DNA of 64,000 nucleotides from a virus (Duplodnaviria; Heunggongvirae; Uroviricota; Caudoviricetes): IMG/VR virus record IMGVR_UViG_2529292913_000008; one strand, 5' to 3'. Shown piece by piece: positions 1 to 12,640 of this stretch (position 1 is its first letter; each line of letters starts with the position of its first letter). The notes under the pieces were generated by a model. It saw only the letters and a program-made list of their open reading frames with translations, ran no database searches and was not told where the DNA came from. The position numbers and the translations under genes were made by a program.

Positions 1-181
1 TTTAGTGCGGATCATGTAATCCGCAATCTCGTACGATGTTATTCGTGAGTGATTTATTTCCATGAAGTGGCGTCCCTGCCAGTTAAGTAACATCCTGTCA
101 CCTACTGATTAGCCCATGTCAACTAATCAACGTGGAATATAATACCCTCGATTAAATAAATAGCAATACATTAGAGCAATT

Positions 182-1225
182 TTATCTAACGCTCGACGAG
201 TGACTTGTGATAGCGCCGACTCCAAGCGCGTAATCAAAGAACAATCGTTGATGCATCGCCAGCCTACCGTGTGTTTTCTCCCAATTATCGCGGTCACGCT
301 CAATATCACGCTGGCATGACTGGCACAGAGGAATAGCATAAATGTCATGCGCGCATAATCGACTATGACGAACGATATAAGGCGTAATGTGAGCGCCAGC
401 TCCCGCAGCTCCACAGCCACAGCATGGACGGGAAGCAACAAAGTCCATGTACTCAGGTAATTTTAGCGATTGAAGTTTTGGTATTTTGAAATGCGCCATA
501 CCTGGGTCGGAGTCAACATCCACAGGACATACTTTTGCACGCATCGGCGCGGCGCGTTCTTCCATCATCTGAACATATGCTATAGCGCGATCGTCATACG
601 GGCGAATATCCGCCTCTTTCAGAGGTCCGCTATCCTGCGGAGTAGCCTTCATCTTATTTATTGATATGCGGCAGACTTCTTCCGGCATCAGGTGCATCAT
701 GTTGCGCATGAAAGCCCACCAGCACAGTTCCTGAATACTTAAATCATGGCCATCTGAAAGCCCCATTTCCTGACGGGCGACATCCAGTATCCAGTTAACG
801 CGATTATTATGCAGCGTTTCTTTCAGCTCATTAAAACCACGCATCCGGTAATGGTTATCGTGATGCCAGCACAACAACACCGCGCTATTGTCTCGTTCAG
901 CGTGGACAATATGGTTGTCACACCAACTACGATCTGCGGCCTGGCATTGCCCCTCTTTCCTGCGCAACCACGCCACCAGCGAGTCAATTCCACCAATACG
1001 GCGAAACAGTTCATCGCTGTTAAAAAACGGCTGCAACGCCTCATTTGTTGCCATAGTTTGCTCGGAAACAACGAGGCCGTCGTCCATGTGCTCGATTAAC
1101 TCACGCGGCACCGGCTCCATAATAAATTTACGGCCAGCCTCCACCAGCTTTCTGACCTCCTGGTCCACTTTGAACGTGGCGAGGCCAAGCTCTTTCTGTA
1201 CAAATGGAGTAATTACGGCTTTCAC
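182..1225 (-). CDS. hypothetical phage protein with Cys/His-rich C-terminus (possibly DUF968-like); downstream of doc
   Basis: 347 aa ORF with apparent GTG start preceded by AAAGGTG; C-terminal CCGCG...C..C motifs; family assignment from memory only. Confidence 0.5.
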   Translation of the reverse strand: MKAVITPFVQKELGLATFKVDQEVRKLVEAGRKFIMEPVPRELIEHMDDGLVVSEQTMATNEALQPFFNSDELFRRIGGIDSLVAWLRRKEGQCQAADRSWCDNHIVHAERDNSAVLLCWHHDNHYRMRGFNELKETLHNNRVNWILDVARQEMGLSDGHDLSIQELCWWAFMRNMMHLMPEEVCRISINKMKATPQDSGPLKEADIRPYDDRAIAYVQMMEERAAPMRAKVCPVDVDSDPGMAHFKIPKLQSLKLPEYMDFVASRPCCGCGAAGAGAHITPYIVRHSRLCAHDIYAIPLCQSCQRDIERDRDNWEKTHGRLAMHQRLFFDYALGVGAITSHSSSVR

Positions 1226-1252
1226 ATCACACCTTTAATCACTGATTGGGCT

Positions 1253-1432
1253 TTATCTGCTGCCCGGCATTCTCTGTTTAAGCACAACCATTTCCTGACG
1301 GCATAACACAGCAATAGCGGTCCTGGCACCAATTTGCTTACCAACCAGGTATTGCTTTACCTCGCGGCGACTCACGCCATCAAGAAGCATCTTTAACGCT
1401 TCACGGGACAATTTGTTGTATTTACGTGCCAT
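1253..1432 (-). CDS. small basic protein (59 aa), function unknown
   Basis: ATG at 1432 preceded by GGAG at 9 nt; track ORF extends to 1453 and overlaps the doc 3' end. Confidence 0.4.
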   Translation of the reverse strand: MARKYNKLSREALKMLLDGVSRREVKQYLVGKQIGARTAIAVLCRQEMVVLKQRMPGSR

Positions 1433-1436
1433 TAAT

Positions 1437-1817
1437 CTACTCCGCGGAACCATACAATCTACGTAACGTGTCGGCGACAGAAGATACAGATATCTCTCCG
1501 GTCGCAGCCCCTACGGTAAGGTCTGCCAGTTCAGGTGAATCAAATACCTGCACCCCGTTACGGCGTAGAAATAACAGCGCACTGTTTAGCGCGGTACGCT
1601 TATTGGCATCATTGAATATATGCCCTCTCGCTGTAGCCACCAGGTAGGTGGCGGAGACTTCGAAAAGGTCGGTGATCTCTTCGTAGGCAACTCTGGCCTG
1701 AACTCTCCCGATAATGGCCTCTGCCCTACCCGGATCTGACATTCCCGGCAAGCCGCCGTAGCGGTTTATATTCGCATCATGAAGCGCAATAAGTTCTTCC
1801 GGTGATATATGCCTCAT
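1437..1817 (-). CDS. doc: Doc toxin (Fic/Doc family) of the phd-doc toxin-antitoxin system
   Basis: 126 aa, near-identical to my recollection of P1 Doc ([17 protein letters not shown]...); start overlaps phd stop by 1 nt (TAATG). Confidence 0.95.
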   Translation of the reverse strand: MRHISPEELIALHDANINRYGGLPGMSDPGRAEAIIGRVQARVAYEEITDLFEVSATYLVATARGHIFNDANKRTALNSALLFLRRNGVQVFDSPELADLTVGAATGEISVSSVADTLRRLYGSAE

Positions 1818-2038
1818 TATCGGTTAACCAGTTCCTTGTTGGTGGAGTCCAGGGTGTCAAACAGGGATGCAAATTCAGCATCCAGCGCCGCTTTTTTGTA
1901 GGCTTCAAAAGTAGCCTTGCTGACAATTACTGCTGGCTCACGGCCTCTGCGGGTGATTTCAACCTCTTCCCCGGCTTCAACATTGTTGAGCACTTCAGAA
2001 AGGTTGCCGCGCGCGGTACGGAAGTTAATGGATTGCAT
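1817..2038 (-). CDS. phd: Phd antitoxin (prevent-host-death)
   Basis: 73 aa from the third Met ([16 protein letters not shown]...), matches P1 Phd as recalled; GAGGTG upstream of ATG at 2038. Confidence 0.95.
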   Translation of the reverse strand: MQSINFRTARGNLSEVLNNVEAGEEVEITRRGREPAVIVSKATFEAYKKAALDAEFASLFDTLDSTNKELVNR

Positions 2039-2046
2039 AAACACCT

Positions 2047-2075
2047 CGTGTACTCGTTATGTGTACACAATTATA
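2047..2075 (-). promoter_or_regulatory. phd-doc promoter/operator region with palindromic TGTGTACACA
   Basis: perfect palindrome TGTGTACACA at 2060-2069 plus half-site CGTGTACTCG at 2047-2056, and a TATAAT-like hexamer (TATAAT on the minus strand, plus 2071-2076) immediately upstream of the sites. Confidence 0.5.
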
Positions 2076-2110
2076 AACTTCACAGGCATAAAGCACCAGC
2101 ACTTTGCAGC

Positions 2111-2500
2111 TTAAATAACCGGACAATCATCAAATTCCCCACTTCGGGCATCATTGATGACATGAGTGATCACACCAAAAACAGCATTACTGCCCGTGTA
2201 ACCATCGTCATCTACTGGTAACGCCTCTTTCTTCCCGGTGCTTAAATCCTCCAGGTGCTGGCGCGGATACTTTCGGTATCTCTTTATGCGATATTCACCC
2301 TCCATAGCGCACACAAGCAGCGAACCATCAACTGGAGTAAGCGAAGAATCAACCACCAGCAAAGCACCCTGCAATATTCCCTCGCGGTGATGGCTGTCTG
2401 CCGCCCGCATGAAGTAGGTCGCTGATGGATGCCTGATTAGTTGCTGATCAAGAGAAATTCTGCTTTCAACATAATCCGCCGCAGGAGAAGGGAAGCCCAT
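2111..2500 (-). CDS. humD: UmuD-like S24 peptidase (HumD-like)
   Basis: 129 aa with LexA/UmuD-type C-terminal fold signature; LexA box just upstream. Confidence 0.8.
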   Translation of the reverse strand: MGFPSPAADYVESRISLDQQLIRHPSATYFMRAADSHHREGILQGALLVVDSSLTPVDGSLLVCAMEGEYRIKRYRKYPRQHLEDLSTGKKEALPVDDDGYTGSNAVFGVITHVINDARSGEFDDCPVI

Positions 2501-2519
2501 AGCGTTTTCACCTCAATAA

Positions 2520-2539
2520 TACTGTTCATTTATACAGCA
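2520..2539. promoter_or_regulatory. LexA (SOS) box TACTGT-N8-ACAGCA
   Basis: CTGT at 2522-2525 and ACAG at 2534-2537 with 8 nt AT-rich spacer, 20 bp upstream of humD start. Confidence 0.6.
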
Positions 2540-2674
2540 TACATTAAAGAGACACCTTTGGTGCAAACGCGTTATGTACATCAACCACCGCAGATGATTT
2601 TGTGCGCTTTGCTACTATTCATCACCAACGGATCAGCGTAACCTCGTTGCCAATCAGTTAATAAGGAATTAGCT

Positions 2675-3208
2675 ATGCCTGCCCGCATTCCTCTCGATCC
2701 TGTATTGCCCAAAAATTTTGACTGCACTCCTAACGAGAAACGCTCTAAAGCTCAGTTGGACGCCTGGTGGGACCATCCATATGGGGTTACACAACCTGAC
2801 GGGAAAATTGTAGTTTATTGTCTGAATGGTGGGGCGTGGGACCGTCCATCCGTGCTTGGTTTGGCAAATAACTATGATGAAGCCTGTGAACTTGCCGAAA
2901 GACAGCAGGCAAGCTGGGTAAAAACACGTTATGAACCGACATTCATGTTTTCAAAAGAACCGCCATTTATACTGGCGAGGATGCCGCAGCGACCGGATCA
3001 TCAACAAGAAATTGTTGCTGAATTTTCCTCTAGGGATGAGATGAATCTCTTCTCATTAAAGCAGGAAGAAAGGGATCGCGTCGAAGTGTCTCCAACTCTC
3101 GACCACAACCGGATGAACCTGGCCCAACTCGCCTGGTACAGCAAAGAATTAGAGATGTCTATTGCCCGACTTGAAAACGAAAAAGCCGCTATCCAAGCCC
3201 AGCACTGA
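2675..3208 (+). CDS. hypothetical protein, C-terminally truncated by IS10 (last 17 codons displaced to 4543-4597)
   Basis: ORF reads through the junction into the first base of IS10 then stops; original frame resumes after the 9 bp duplication and ends TGA at 4595-4597. Confidence 0.6.
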   Translation: MPARIPLDPVLPKNFDCTPNEKRSKAQLDAWWDHPYGVTQPDGKIVVYCLNGGAWDRPSVLGLANNYDEACELAERQQASWVKTRYEPTFMFSKEPPFILARMPQRPDHQQEIVAEFSSRDEMNLFSLKQEERDRVEVSPTLDHNRMNLAQLAWYSKELEMSIARLENEKAAIQAQH

Positions 3209-4533
3209 GAGATCCCCTCATAATTTCCCCAAAGCGTAACCATGTGTGAATAAATTTTGAGCTAGTAGGGTTGCAGCCACGAGTAAGTCTTCCCTTGTTA
3301 TTGTGTAGCCAGAATGCCGCAAAACTTCCATGCCTAAGCGAACTGTTGAGAGTACGTTTCGATTTCTGACTGTGTTAGCCTGGAAGTGCTTGTCCCAACC
3401 TTGTTTCTGAGCATGAACGCCCGCAAGCCAACATGTTAGTTGAAGCATCAGGGCGATTAGCAGCATGATATCAAAACGCTCTGAGCTGCTCGTTCGGCTA
3501 TGGCGTAGGCCTAGTCCGTAGGCAGGACTTTTCAAGTCTCGGAAGGTTTCTTCAATCTGCATTCGCTTCGAATAGATATTAACAAGTTGTTTGGGTGTTC
3601 GAATTTCAACAGGTAAGTTAGTTGCTAGAACCCATGGCTCCTTTGCCGACGCTGAGTAGATTTTAGGTGACGGGTGGTGACAATGAGTCCGTGTCGAGCG
3701 CTGATTTTTTCGGCCTTTAGAGCGAGATTTATACAATAGAATTTGGCATGAGATTGGATTGCTTTTAGTCAGCCTCTTATAGCCTAAAGTCTTTGAGTGA
3801 CTAGATGACATATCATGTAAGTTGCTGATAGGTTTCCAGTTTTCCGCTCCTAGGTCTGCATATTGTACTTTTCCTCTTACTCGACTTAACCAGTACCAAC
3901 CCAGCTTCTCAACGGATTTATACCATGGCACTTTAAAGCCAGCATCACTGACAATGAGCGGTGTGGTGTTACTCGGTAGAATGCTCGCAAGGTCGGCTAG
4001 AAATTGGTCATGAGCTTTCTTTGAACATTGCTCTGAAAGCGGGAACGCTTTCTCATAAAGAGTAACAGAACGACCGTGTAGTGCGACTGAAGCTCGCAAT
4101 ACCATAAGTCGTTTTTGCTCACGAATATCAGACCAGTCAACAAGTACAATGGGCATCGTATTGCCCGAACAGATAAAGCTAGCATGCCAACGGTATACAG
4201 CGAGTCGCTCTTTGTGGAGGTGACGATTACCTAACAATCGGTCGATTCGTTTGATGTTATGTTTTGTTCTCGCTTTGGTTGGCAGGTTACGGCCAAGTTC
4301 GGTAAGAGTGAGAGTTTTACAGTCAAGTAATGCGTGGCAAGCCAACGTTAAGCTGTTGAGTCGTTTTAAGTGTAATTCGGGGCAGAATTGGTAAAGAGAG
4401 TCGTGTAAAATATCGAGTTCGCACATCTTGTTGTCTGATTATTGATTTTTCGCGAAACCATTTGATCATATGACAAGATGTGTATCCACCTTAACTTAAT
4501 GATTTTTACCAAAATCATTAGGGGATTCATCAG
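3205..4533 (-). mobile_element. IS10 (IS4 family), complete 1329 bp, flanked by 9 bp target duplication AGCCCAGCA
   Basis: termini CTGAGAGATCCCC (3205) and GGGGATTCATCAG (4521-4533) match IS10 inside/outside ends; identical 9-mers at 3196-3204 and 4534-4542. Confidence 0.95.
3218..4426 (-). CDS. IS10 transposase
   Basis: 402 aa MCELDILHDSLYQFCPELHL..., matches IS10/Tn10 transposase as recalled. Confidence 0.95.
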   Translation of the reverse strand: MCELDILHDSLYQFCPELHLKRLNSLTLACHALLDCKTLTLTELGRNLPTKARTKHNIKRIDRLLGNRHLHKERLAVYRWHASFICSGNTMPIVLVDWSDIREQKRLMVLRASVALHGRSVTLYEKAFPLSEQCSKKAHDQFLADLASILPSNTTPLIVSDAGFKVPWYKSVEKLGWYWLSRVRGKVQYADLGAENWKPISNLHDMSSSHSKTLGYKRLTKSNPISCQILLYKSRSKGRKNQRSTRTHCHHPSPKIYSASAKEPWVLATNLPVEIRTPKQLVNIYSKRMQIEETFRDLKSPAYGLGLRHSRTSSSERFDIMLLIALMLQLTCWLAGVHAQKQGWDKHFQANTVRNRNVLSTVRLGMEVLRHSGYTITREDLLVAATLLAQNLFTHGYALGKL

Positions 4534-4597
4534 AGCCCAGCATGAAGTAGTTCTGAACCGGATTAGAGAAATGCAAAACGATAACAGGGGATTTTGA

Positions 4598-4960
4598 ATG
4601 GCTAAAATCGAGTACCATCGCGATCGCGGTAATTACCTGGAAATATACGATCATGAATCTCTTAACGATATCAACGATGCGTTATATGAATACTGTGAAA
4701 AAATGAGCATCACAGATGCACCTGACGCATTTGTCGAGCTACCGGTATATCTCCGCGACATCTATGCAATACGGACGCCGCCCGTATCGGTAATTCACAT
4801 TGGCTATGTCCGCCTGTCCATCGAAGAAGATGAAGATCGTTATATCGTACGCCACTATACATTGGACAGAAAAGAGCTTCCCAATGAATGGAACATGAGT
4901 AATTTCTACAACGGTGAATATGGCTTAAAACCCGCTATGAATGGCGCGGGCATTGCGTAA
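4598..4960 (+). CDS. hypothetical protein (120 aa), second gene of the IS10-disrupted pair
   Basis: ATG at 4598 abuts the original stop of the upstream gene (TGAATG); AGGGGA at 8 nt; 65 bp outside the IS10 outside end. Confidence 0.6.
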   Translation: MAKIEYHRDRGNYLEIYDHESLNDINDALYEYCEKMSITDAPDAFVELPVYLRDIYAIRTPPVSVIHIGYVRLSIEEDEDRYIVRHYTLDRKELPNEWNMSNFYNGEYGLKPAMNGAGIA

Positions 4961-4971
4961 TAGCCTAACAA

Positions 4972-5223
4972 CTATTCTGTTTTCTGATATGCCGGATCGT
5001 TCCCTTTTGGCAACTGGAGGCTTAACTGCCGGTAGTGCCGTAGACGTTCCATGAAATAGGTGCGCAGATTCTCTGGTTGCTCGCGGGCTACCTGTTCAGC
5101 TATGACAGGTATGTTCAATCGCTCTTTGTAGGCAACCCCCCTGGCAGCCAGGTCAACGTTAACTTTATTCCTTTCTTCCTGGCTTTTGGCTGCTATGTTC
5201 CATTCGTTCATATTAAATCCCAT
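4972..5223 (-). CDS. hot: homolog of DNA polymerase III theta subunit (Hot-like)
   Basis: 83 aa; [35 protein letters not shown] aligns with HolE ([35 protein letters not shown]). Confidence 0.8.
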   Translation of the reverse strand: MGFNMNEWNIAAKSQEERNKVNVDLAARGVAYKERLNIPVIAEQVAREQPENLRTYFMERLRHYRQLSLQLPKGNDPAYQKTE

Positions 5224-5679
5224 CCAGAATAATTGAATAACGGCTATTATTTAGTCGCCGCAATATCTTCAAAGTTTTTTTCTCACCCCATTGCTTTTTG
5301 CGCACAGCTTATCTGGCTTGCGGTGCGCCGAAATGTAAATTCGCCTTCAGAGTTATCCACAAAGTTATGCACTTGCAACGAGGCCATTTTCCTCATACTG
5401 TGTTTGCACACACAGGAAATGGATATTTTATTAATTGAATTTTATTAAATAATAATGATAAGGAGAAAATTTGAGATGTAATCATGACATTAATAGATAG
5501 GGCCTGCATTACAGGCCCCAACTACATCAAGGAATTCACAGTTCCCTGATTTTTATACCGAAAACATGTGCCGTAAGTTCACGTTAACGACTTTCTTTCA
5601 CCGAATCCAACTATATAGAGGTTGGGTTTCTACGTCAACGTGAGAGCACACAGCTTTACATTTGACGAGGATTACCCTG

Positions 5680-5817
5680 ATGATTGTATTTTTTCAGTTT
5701 CTAAGTGCATTTTTAAATGCGCCTGTTCTTAGCCAAGTGCTGGCGATTGTCTTCATCGTGGTTCTGATATGGTTTTTCAAGTCAGTGATAAACAGAGGCG
5801 TGCGCTGGCTTATTTAA
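5680..5817 (+). CDS. small hydrophobic peptide (45 aa, one predicted TM helix, basic tail)
   Basis: ATG preceded by GAGGA at 8 nt; MIVFFQFLSAFLNAPVLSQVLAIVFIVVLIWFFKSVINRGVRWLI; below the ORF-track size cutoff. Confidence 0.35.
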   Translation: MIVFFQFLSAFLNAPVLSQVLAIVFIVVLIWFFKSVINRGVRWLI

Positions 5818-6000
5818 TGTCGCGCTGAGATATTAATTCCCTTGCTGTTTAACCATTTTTTGTGTGTGCTGGTGAGCGTGTGAAGGCTCAATTTGTTGCC
5901 CACCAGTATTTACTATTTCTAAGCTCCACAGTGTCACTTCCGCACAAACAACTTAGCGCGGAATCAGTATTCGGCCCAAGATGTAAAAAGCCAACCTGCG

Positions 6001-6225
6001 TTATGGTTCGCATTTCCAAATAGTGTTCTGAACGCCCGTGCCGGGCGCGAGATGTGGATTAGCGTTCGCGCTATGCTGATATACGGCTTTAGACTTTCCA
6101 TATTGCTGACAGGCTTTATCTGCGGTTTTTTGCAGGCTATCCAGCCCATACCAGCCATCAGACTGGATGCTTACCTTTTCACCGTCATTGTATTGCACCA
6201 TCGCGAACCCAAACATAGCTATCAT
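6001..6225 (-). CDS. hypothetical small protein (74 aa)
   Basis: ORF with hydrophobic N-terminus; weak ribosome-binding site; no family recognised. Confidence 0.25.
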   Translation of the reverse strand: MIAMFGFAMVQYNDGEKVSIQSDGWYGLDSLQKTADKACQQYGKSKAVYQHSANANPHLAPGTGVQNTIWKCEP

Positions 6226-6355
6226 CGCACCGACAATACCGCTTTTCCAAAAAGCTCTAATTAGGTCATTCGTTGCCTAATGTCCGAACTGCTAAAGCAT
6301 CAAAGTTGCTGTAGAATCACCGCCAATTACTTAAGCCTGAAATAAGTGGAAGAAA

Positions 6356-7908
6356 ATGACAAGTATTCAACAACGTGCAGAACTTCATCGCCAGATCTGG
6401 CAAATTGCTAACGATGTCAGGGGTTCAGTCGATGGATGGGATTTTAAGCAGTACGTTCTGGGCGCGCTTTTTTATCGTTTTATCAGCGAAAATTTTTCCA
6501 GCTATATGGAAGCCGATGATGACAGCATCTGTTATGCAGCACTGGATGACAGCGTAATTACTGATGACATTAAAGACGATGCCATCAAAACCAAAGGCTA
6601 CTTCATCTACCCAAGCCAGCTTTTCTGCAACGTAGCTGCGAAAGCAAATACCAATGACAGACTGAATGCAGATTTAAACAGTATCTTCGTTGCTATCGAA
6701 AGTTCTGCTTACGGCTACCCTTCAGAAGCAGACATCAAAGGTTTGTTTGCTGATTTCGATACCACCAGTAACCGCCTGGGTAACACCGTTAAAGATAAAA
6801 ATGCCCGCCTGGCTGCGGTTCTGAAAGGGGTTGAAGGGTTAAAACTTGGTGACTTCACCGAACATCAGATTGATCTGTTCGGTGACGCCTATGAGTTCCT
6901 GATTTCTAACTATGCCGCGAATGCCGGTAAGTCCGGCGGCGAGTTCTTTACACCGCAGCACGTCTCTAAGCTGATTGCACAACTGGCTATGCACGGGCAG
7001 ACCCACGTTAACAAAATCTACGACCCGGCAGCAGGCTCCGGTTCGCTGTTGTTGCAGGCTAAAAAACAGTTTGATGACCATATCATCGAAGAAGGTTTTT
7101 TTGGTCAGGAAATCAACCATACGACCTATAACCTGGCGCGTATGAACATGTTTTTGCACAACATCAACTACGACAAGTTTGATATCAAGCTGGGCAATAC
7201 GCTGACTGAACCACACTTCAGAGATGAAAAACCGTTTGATGCCATCGTTTCTAACCCGCCGTATTCGGTGAAATGGATTGGCAGCGATGACCCGACGCTG
7301 ATTAACGATGAACGTTTTGCCCCGGCTGGCGTTCTGGCCCCCAAATCAAAAGCTGACTTCGCCTTTGTACTACATGCGCTGAACTATCTTTCTGCCAAAG
7401 GTCGTGCTGCGATTGTTTGCTTCCCGGGTATTTTTTACCGTGGCGGCGCGGAGCAGAAAATCCGTCAGTATCTGGTTGATAATAACTATGTCGAAACCGT
7501 GATTTCACTGGCACCGAACCTGTTCTTTGGCACCACCATTGCCGTAAACATTCTGGTGTTGTCTAAACATAAAACAGATACAAAAGTTCAGTTTATTGAC
7601 GCCAGCGAACTATTCAAAAAAGAGACCAACAACAATATCCTGACCGATGCCCATATCGAACAGATTATGCAGGTATTTGCCAGCAAGGAAGATGTTGCTC
7701 ATCTGGCGAAATCAGTCGCGTTTGAGACCGTTGTTGCTAATGACTATAACCTGTCGGTGAGCAGCTATGTTGAAGCGAAAGATACTCGCGAAATTATCGA
7801 TATCGCTGAGTTGAATGCAGAGCTGAAAATCACGGTCAGCAAAATCGACCAGTTGCGTAAAGATATTGATGCGATTGTGGCTGAAATTGAAGGCTGCGAG
7901 GTGCAGAA

Positions 7909-7912
<4 letters not shown>
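6356..7912 (+). CDS. hsdM: Type I restriction-modification methyltransferase subunit HsdM (Type IC, EcoR124-like)
   Basis: 518 aa, NPPYS motif, near-identical to EcoR124I HsdM as recalled; stop overlaps hsdS start. Confidence 0.97.
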
Positions 7913-9177
<1,265 letters not shown>

Positions 9178-9298
9178 TTGACCATTGCTACCGACCGGAC
9201 CACCTTAACATCCGGTCTGTATATAGACTATTTTTTACGTGCCGGAAGTCACCCTTAACTCCCTTCCGGCCCTTGCCAGACGGCACAAAGGATGCGCT

Positions 9299-12200
9299 AT
9301 GACTCATCAGACACACACTATTGCTGAATCCAATAACTTTATCGTCCTTGATAAGTACATCAAAGCTGAGCCAACAGGCGACAGCTACCAGAGCGAATCG
9401 GACCTGGAACGTGAACTGATTCAGGACCTGCGGAATCAGGGCTATGAATTTATATCCGTAAAATCTCAGTCGGCTATGCTGTCCAATGTTCGGGAACAGC
9501 TTCAGAGCCTCAATGGTGTGGTGTTTAATGACAGCGAGTGGCGGCGTTTCACGGAGCAGTATCTGGACAACCCGAGCGATGGCATTCTGGATAAGACCCG
9601 TAAAATCCATATCGACTATATTTGCGACTTTATTTTTGACGACGGGCGTCTTGAGAACATCTATCTGATAGATAAAAAGAATCTCATGCGCAACAAAGTG
9701 CAGATTATCCAGCAGTTTGAACAGGCAGGTTCTCACGCTAACCGTTATGACGTAACTATCCTGGTTAATGGCTTGCCTCTGGTGCAAATCGAACTGAAAA
9801 AGCGCGGCGTGGCGATTCGTGAGGCTTTCAACCAGATACATCGTTACAGTAAAGAGAGTTTTAACAGCGAAAATTCCCTGTTTAAGTATCTGCAACTGTT
9901 TGTCATTTCTAACGGCACCGATACCCGTTACTTTGCCAACACCACAAAGCGCGATAAAAATAGTTTTGACTTCACCATGAACTGGGCGAAATCAGACAAC
10001 ACGCTGATTAAAGACCTCAAAGATTTTACCGCTACCTTTTTCCAGAAACATACTCTGCTGAATGTTCTGGTGAACTACAGCGTTTTTGACAGTAGTCAGA
10101 CGCTACTGGTGATGCGACCGTACCAGATTGCCGCCACCGAGCGCATTCTGTGGAAAATTAAGAGCTCCTTTACAGCGAAGAACTGGTCAAAACCGGAAAG
10201 CGGTGGGTATATCTGGCACACCACGGGTTCCGGTAAAACCCTGACCAGCTTTAAAGCCGCGCGTCTGGCAACAGAACTGGACTTTATTGATAAAGTTTTC
10301 TTTGTGGTCGACAGGAAAGACCTCGATTACCAGACCATGAAGGAATATCAGCGTTTTTCGCCAGACAGCGTCAACGGCTCGGAAAATACCGCAGGTCTTA
10401 AACGAAATCTGGATAAGGACGATAACAAAATTATCGTCACCACTATTCAGAAACTTAATAACCTGATGAAAGCAGAAAGCGACCTGCCTGTATACAATCA
10501 GCAAGTGGTGTTTATATTTGATGAATGTCACCGCAGCCAGTTTGGAGAAGCACAGAAAAACCTGAAGAAGAAATTCAAACGCTATTATCAGTTTGGTTTT
10601 ACCGGCACACCTATTTTCCCGGAAAACGCCTTAGGCTCAGAAACGACCGCCAGCGTATTTGGCCGTGAATTGCATTCATATGTTATTACCGATGCGATTC
10701 GTGATGAAAAAGTGCTTAAATTCAAGGTGGACTACAACGATGTGCGGCCACAGTTTAAGTCTTTAGAGACAGAAACTGACGAGAAAAAACTGAGTGCGGC
10801 TGAAAATCAGCAGGCGTTCCTTCATCCCATGCGTATTCAGGAAATTACGCAATATATCCTGAATAACTTCCGCCAGAAAACCCACCGTACTTTCCCTGGC
10901 TCCAAAGGTTTTAATGCCATGCTGGCAGTGAGCAGCGTGGATGCCGCGAAAGCCTATTACGCGACGTTTAAACGGTTACAAGAGGAAGCCGCTTATAAAT
11001 CTGCTACCTATAAACCACTACGTGTTGCGACAATCTTCTCCTTTGCCGCTAATGAAGAACAAAATGCCATTGGTGAAATTTCCGATGAAACTTTTGATAC
11101 CAGCGCAATGGACAGCAGTGCTAAAGAGTTTCTCGACGCTGCAATTCGTGAATATAACAGCTATTTTAAAACTAACTTCAGTACCGACAGTAACGGTTTT
11201 CAGAACTACTATCGTGATTTAGCCCAACGGGTTAAAAATCAGGATATCGATCTGTTAATTGTCGTTGGGATGTTTTTAACCGGCTTCGACGCTCCAACAT
11301 TGAACACGCTATTCGTCGATAAAAACTTGCGTTTTCACGGCCTGATGCAGGCATTCTCCCGCACCAACCGCATTTATGACGCGACTAAAACCTTCGGTAA
11401 TATCGTCACGTTCCGGGATCTGGAACGCTCAACCATTGATGCCATAACGCTGTTTGGTGACAAAAATACCAAAAATGTGGTTTTAGAAAAGAGTTATGCA
11501 GAGTATATGGAAGGCTTTACTGATGCTGCCACTGGTGAAGCTAAACGCGGCTTCATGACAGTAGTTTCAGAACTGGAACAACGGTTCCCTGACCCTACCA
11601 GTATTGAAAGTGAAAAAGAGAAGAAAGACTTCGTTAAACTGTTTGGCGAATACCTGCGTGCCGAGAACATCCTGCAAAACTATGATGAATTTGCCACGCT
11701 AAAAGCCCTGCAACAAATCGATCTTAGCGATCCTGTTGCGGTAGAAAAATTCAAAGCAGAACATTATGTGGATGATGAAAAGTTCGCTGAATTGCAAACA
11801 ATTCGTCTCCCTGCTGATCGCAAGATTCAGGATTATCGTTCTGCCTATAACGATATTCGCGACTGGCAGCGCCGTGAGAAAGAAGCTGAGAAAAAAGAGA
11901 AATCAACCACTGACTGGGATGATGTAGTTTTTGAGGTCGATTTGCTGAAGTCTCAGGAAATAAACCTGGATTATATCCTTGGACTGATTTTCGAACACAA
12001 CAGACAAAATAAAGGCAAGGGCGAAATGATCGAAGAGGTCAAACGCTTAATTCGTTCAAGCCTGGGAAACCGGGCGAAAGAGGGCCTGGTGGTCGATTTT
12101 ATTCAGCAAACGAACCTGGATGATTTACCAGACAAAGCCAGTATCATTGAGGCATTCTTTACGTTTGCTCAACGCGAACAGCAACGTGAAGCAGAAGCAT

Positions 12201-12415
12201 TGATAAAAGAAGAAAACCTCAATGAAGAAGCAGCAAAACGCTATATTCGCACGTCTTTAAAACGCGAATACGCCACCGAAAATGGCACAGAATTAAACGA
12301 AACATTACCAAAACTTAGTCCGTTGAATCCGCAATATAAAACGAAAAAACAGGCAGTTTTCCAGAAAATCGTCTCGTTTATTGAGAAGTTTAAAGGCGTA
12401 GGCGGAAAAATATAG
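9299..12415 (+). CDS. hsdR: Type I restriction endonuclease subunit HsdR (Type IC)
   Basis: 1038 aa from ATG 9299 (AAAGGA upstream), [14 protein letters not shown]... near-identical to EcoR124I HsdR as recalled; helicase motifs GSGKT and DECH. Confidence 0.97.
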   Translation: MTHQTHTIAESNNFIVLDKYIKAEPTGDSYQSESDLERELIQDLRNQGYEFISVKSQSAMLSNVREQLQSLNGVVFNDSEWRRFTEQYLDNPSDGILDKTRKIHIDYICDFIFDDGRLENIYLIDKKNLMRNKVQIIQQFEQAGSHANRYDVTILVNGLPLVQIELKKRGVAIREAFNQIHRYSKESFNSENSLFKYLQLFVISNGTDTRYFANTTKRDKNSFDFTMNWAKSDNTLIKDLKDFTATFFQKHTLLNVLVNYSVFDSSQTLLVMRPYQIAATERILWKIKSSFTAKNWSKPESGGYIWHTTGSGKTLTSFKAARLATELDFIDKVFFVVDRKDLDYQTMKEYQRFSPDSVNGSENTAGLKRNLDKDDNKIIVTTIQKLNNLMKAESDLPVYNQQVVFIFDECHRSQFGEAQKNLKKKFKRYYQFGFTGTPIFPENALGSETTASVFGRELHSYVITDAIRDEKVLKFKVDYNDVRPQFKSLETETDEKKLSAAENQQAFLHPMRIQEITQYILNNFRQKTHRTFPGSKGFNAMLAVSSVDAAKAYYATFKRLQEEAAYKSATYKPLRVATIFSFAANEEQNAIGEISDETFDTSAMDSSAKEFLDAAIREYNSYFKTNFSTDSNGFQNYYRDLAQRVKNQDIDLLIVVGMFLTGFDAPTLNTLFVDKNLRFHGLMQAFSRTNRIYDATKTFGNIVTFRDLERSTIDAITLFGDKNTKNVVLEKSYAEYMEGFTDAATGEAKRGFMTVVSELEQRFPDPTSIESEKEKKDFVKLFGEYLRAENILQNYDEFATLKALQQIDLSDPVAVEKFKAEHYVDDEKFAELQTIRLPADRKIQDYRSAYNDIRDWQRREKEAEKKEKSTTDWDDVVFEVDLLKSQEINLDYILGLIFEHNRQNKGKGEMIEEVKRLIRSSLGNRAKEGLVVDFIQQTNLDDLPDKASIIEAFFTFAQREQQREAEALIKEENLNEEAAKRYIRTSLKREYATENGTELNETLPKLSPLNPQYKTKKQAVFQKIVSFIEKFKGVGGKI

Positions 12416-12494
12416 CCCAATTCGTGTTTTTCTTGCGGGTTCTTAATTAAACCCGCAAGAGACCGTGGGGTTCCAAATGGCTAATATACTCCCC

Positions 12495-12581
12495 TTACCC
12501 ATGCGCAACGATGCCGCCAAAAATGATAGAGAACAGCCAGAAATAGATCGCGGCCATAATGATTTTGAATGCCGTGTTCAT
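12495..12581 (-). CDS. small hydrophobic peptide (28 aa)
   Basis: ATG preceded by AGGAG at 7 nt; MNTAFKIIMAAIYFWLFSIIFGGIVAHG; sits between the hsdR stop and the plus-strand terminator, antisense to the hsdR 3' UTR. Confidence 0.35.
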   Translation of the reverse strand: MNTAFKIIMAAIYFWLFSIIFGGIVAHG

Positions 12582-12609
12582 ATTTTCAGCTCCTGTGATT
12601 GATTGGATA

Positions 12610-12640
12610 CATGCCGCGCCTTGCGGCATGTTTTTATTTT
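12610..12640 (+). terminator. rho-independent terminator (plus strand), likely for hsdR
   Basis: CATGCCGC-GCCTT-GCGGCATG followed by TTTTTATTTT. Confidence 0.6.

Noticed and set aside
3205-4533. IS10 as one arm of a Tn10 tetracycline-resistance transposon
   Set aside because: Only one copy is present, flanked by its own 9 bp duplication, and no tet genes occur in the window.
5233-5448. 71 aa plus-strand ORF diverging from hot
   Set aside because: Low-complexity AT-rich sequence, no ribosome-binding site, and it overlaps the likely hot promoter region.
9239-9298. Upstream start for hsdR at 9239
   Set aside because: The ATG at 9299 has a ribosome-binding site and gives the N-terminus [14 protein letters not shown] matching EcoR124-type HsdR; the extension would cover the inter-operon promoter region.
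12436-12463. Inverted repeat CTTGCGGGTT...AACCCGCAAG as the hsdR terminator
   Set aside because: No U-run follows the stem on either strand; the terminator with a proper T-tract is at 12610-12640.
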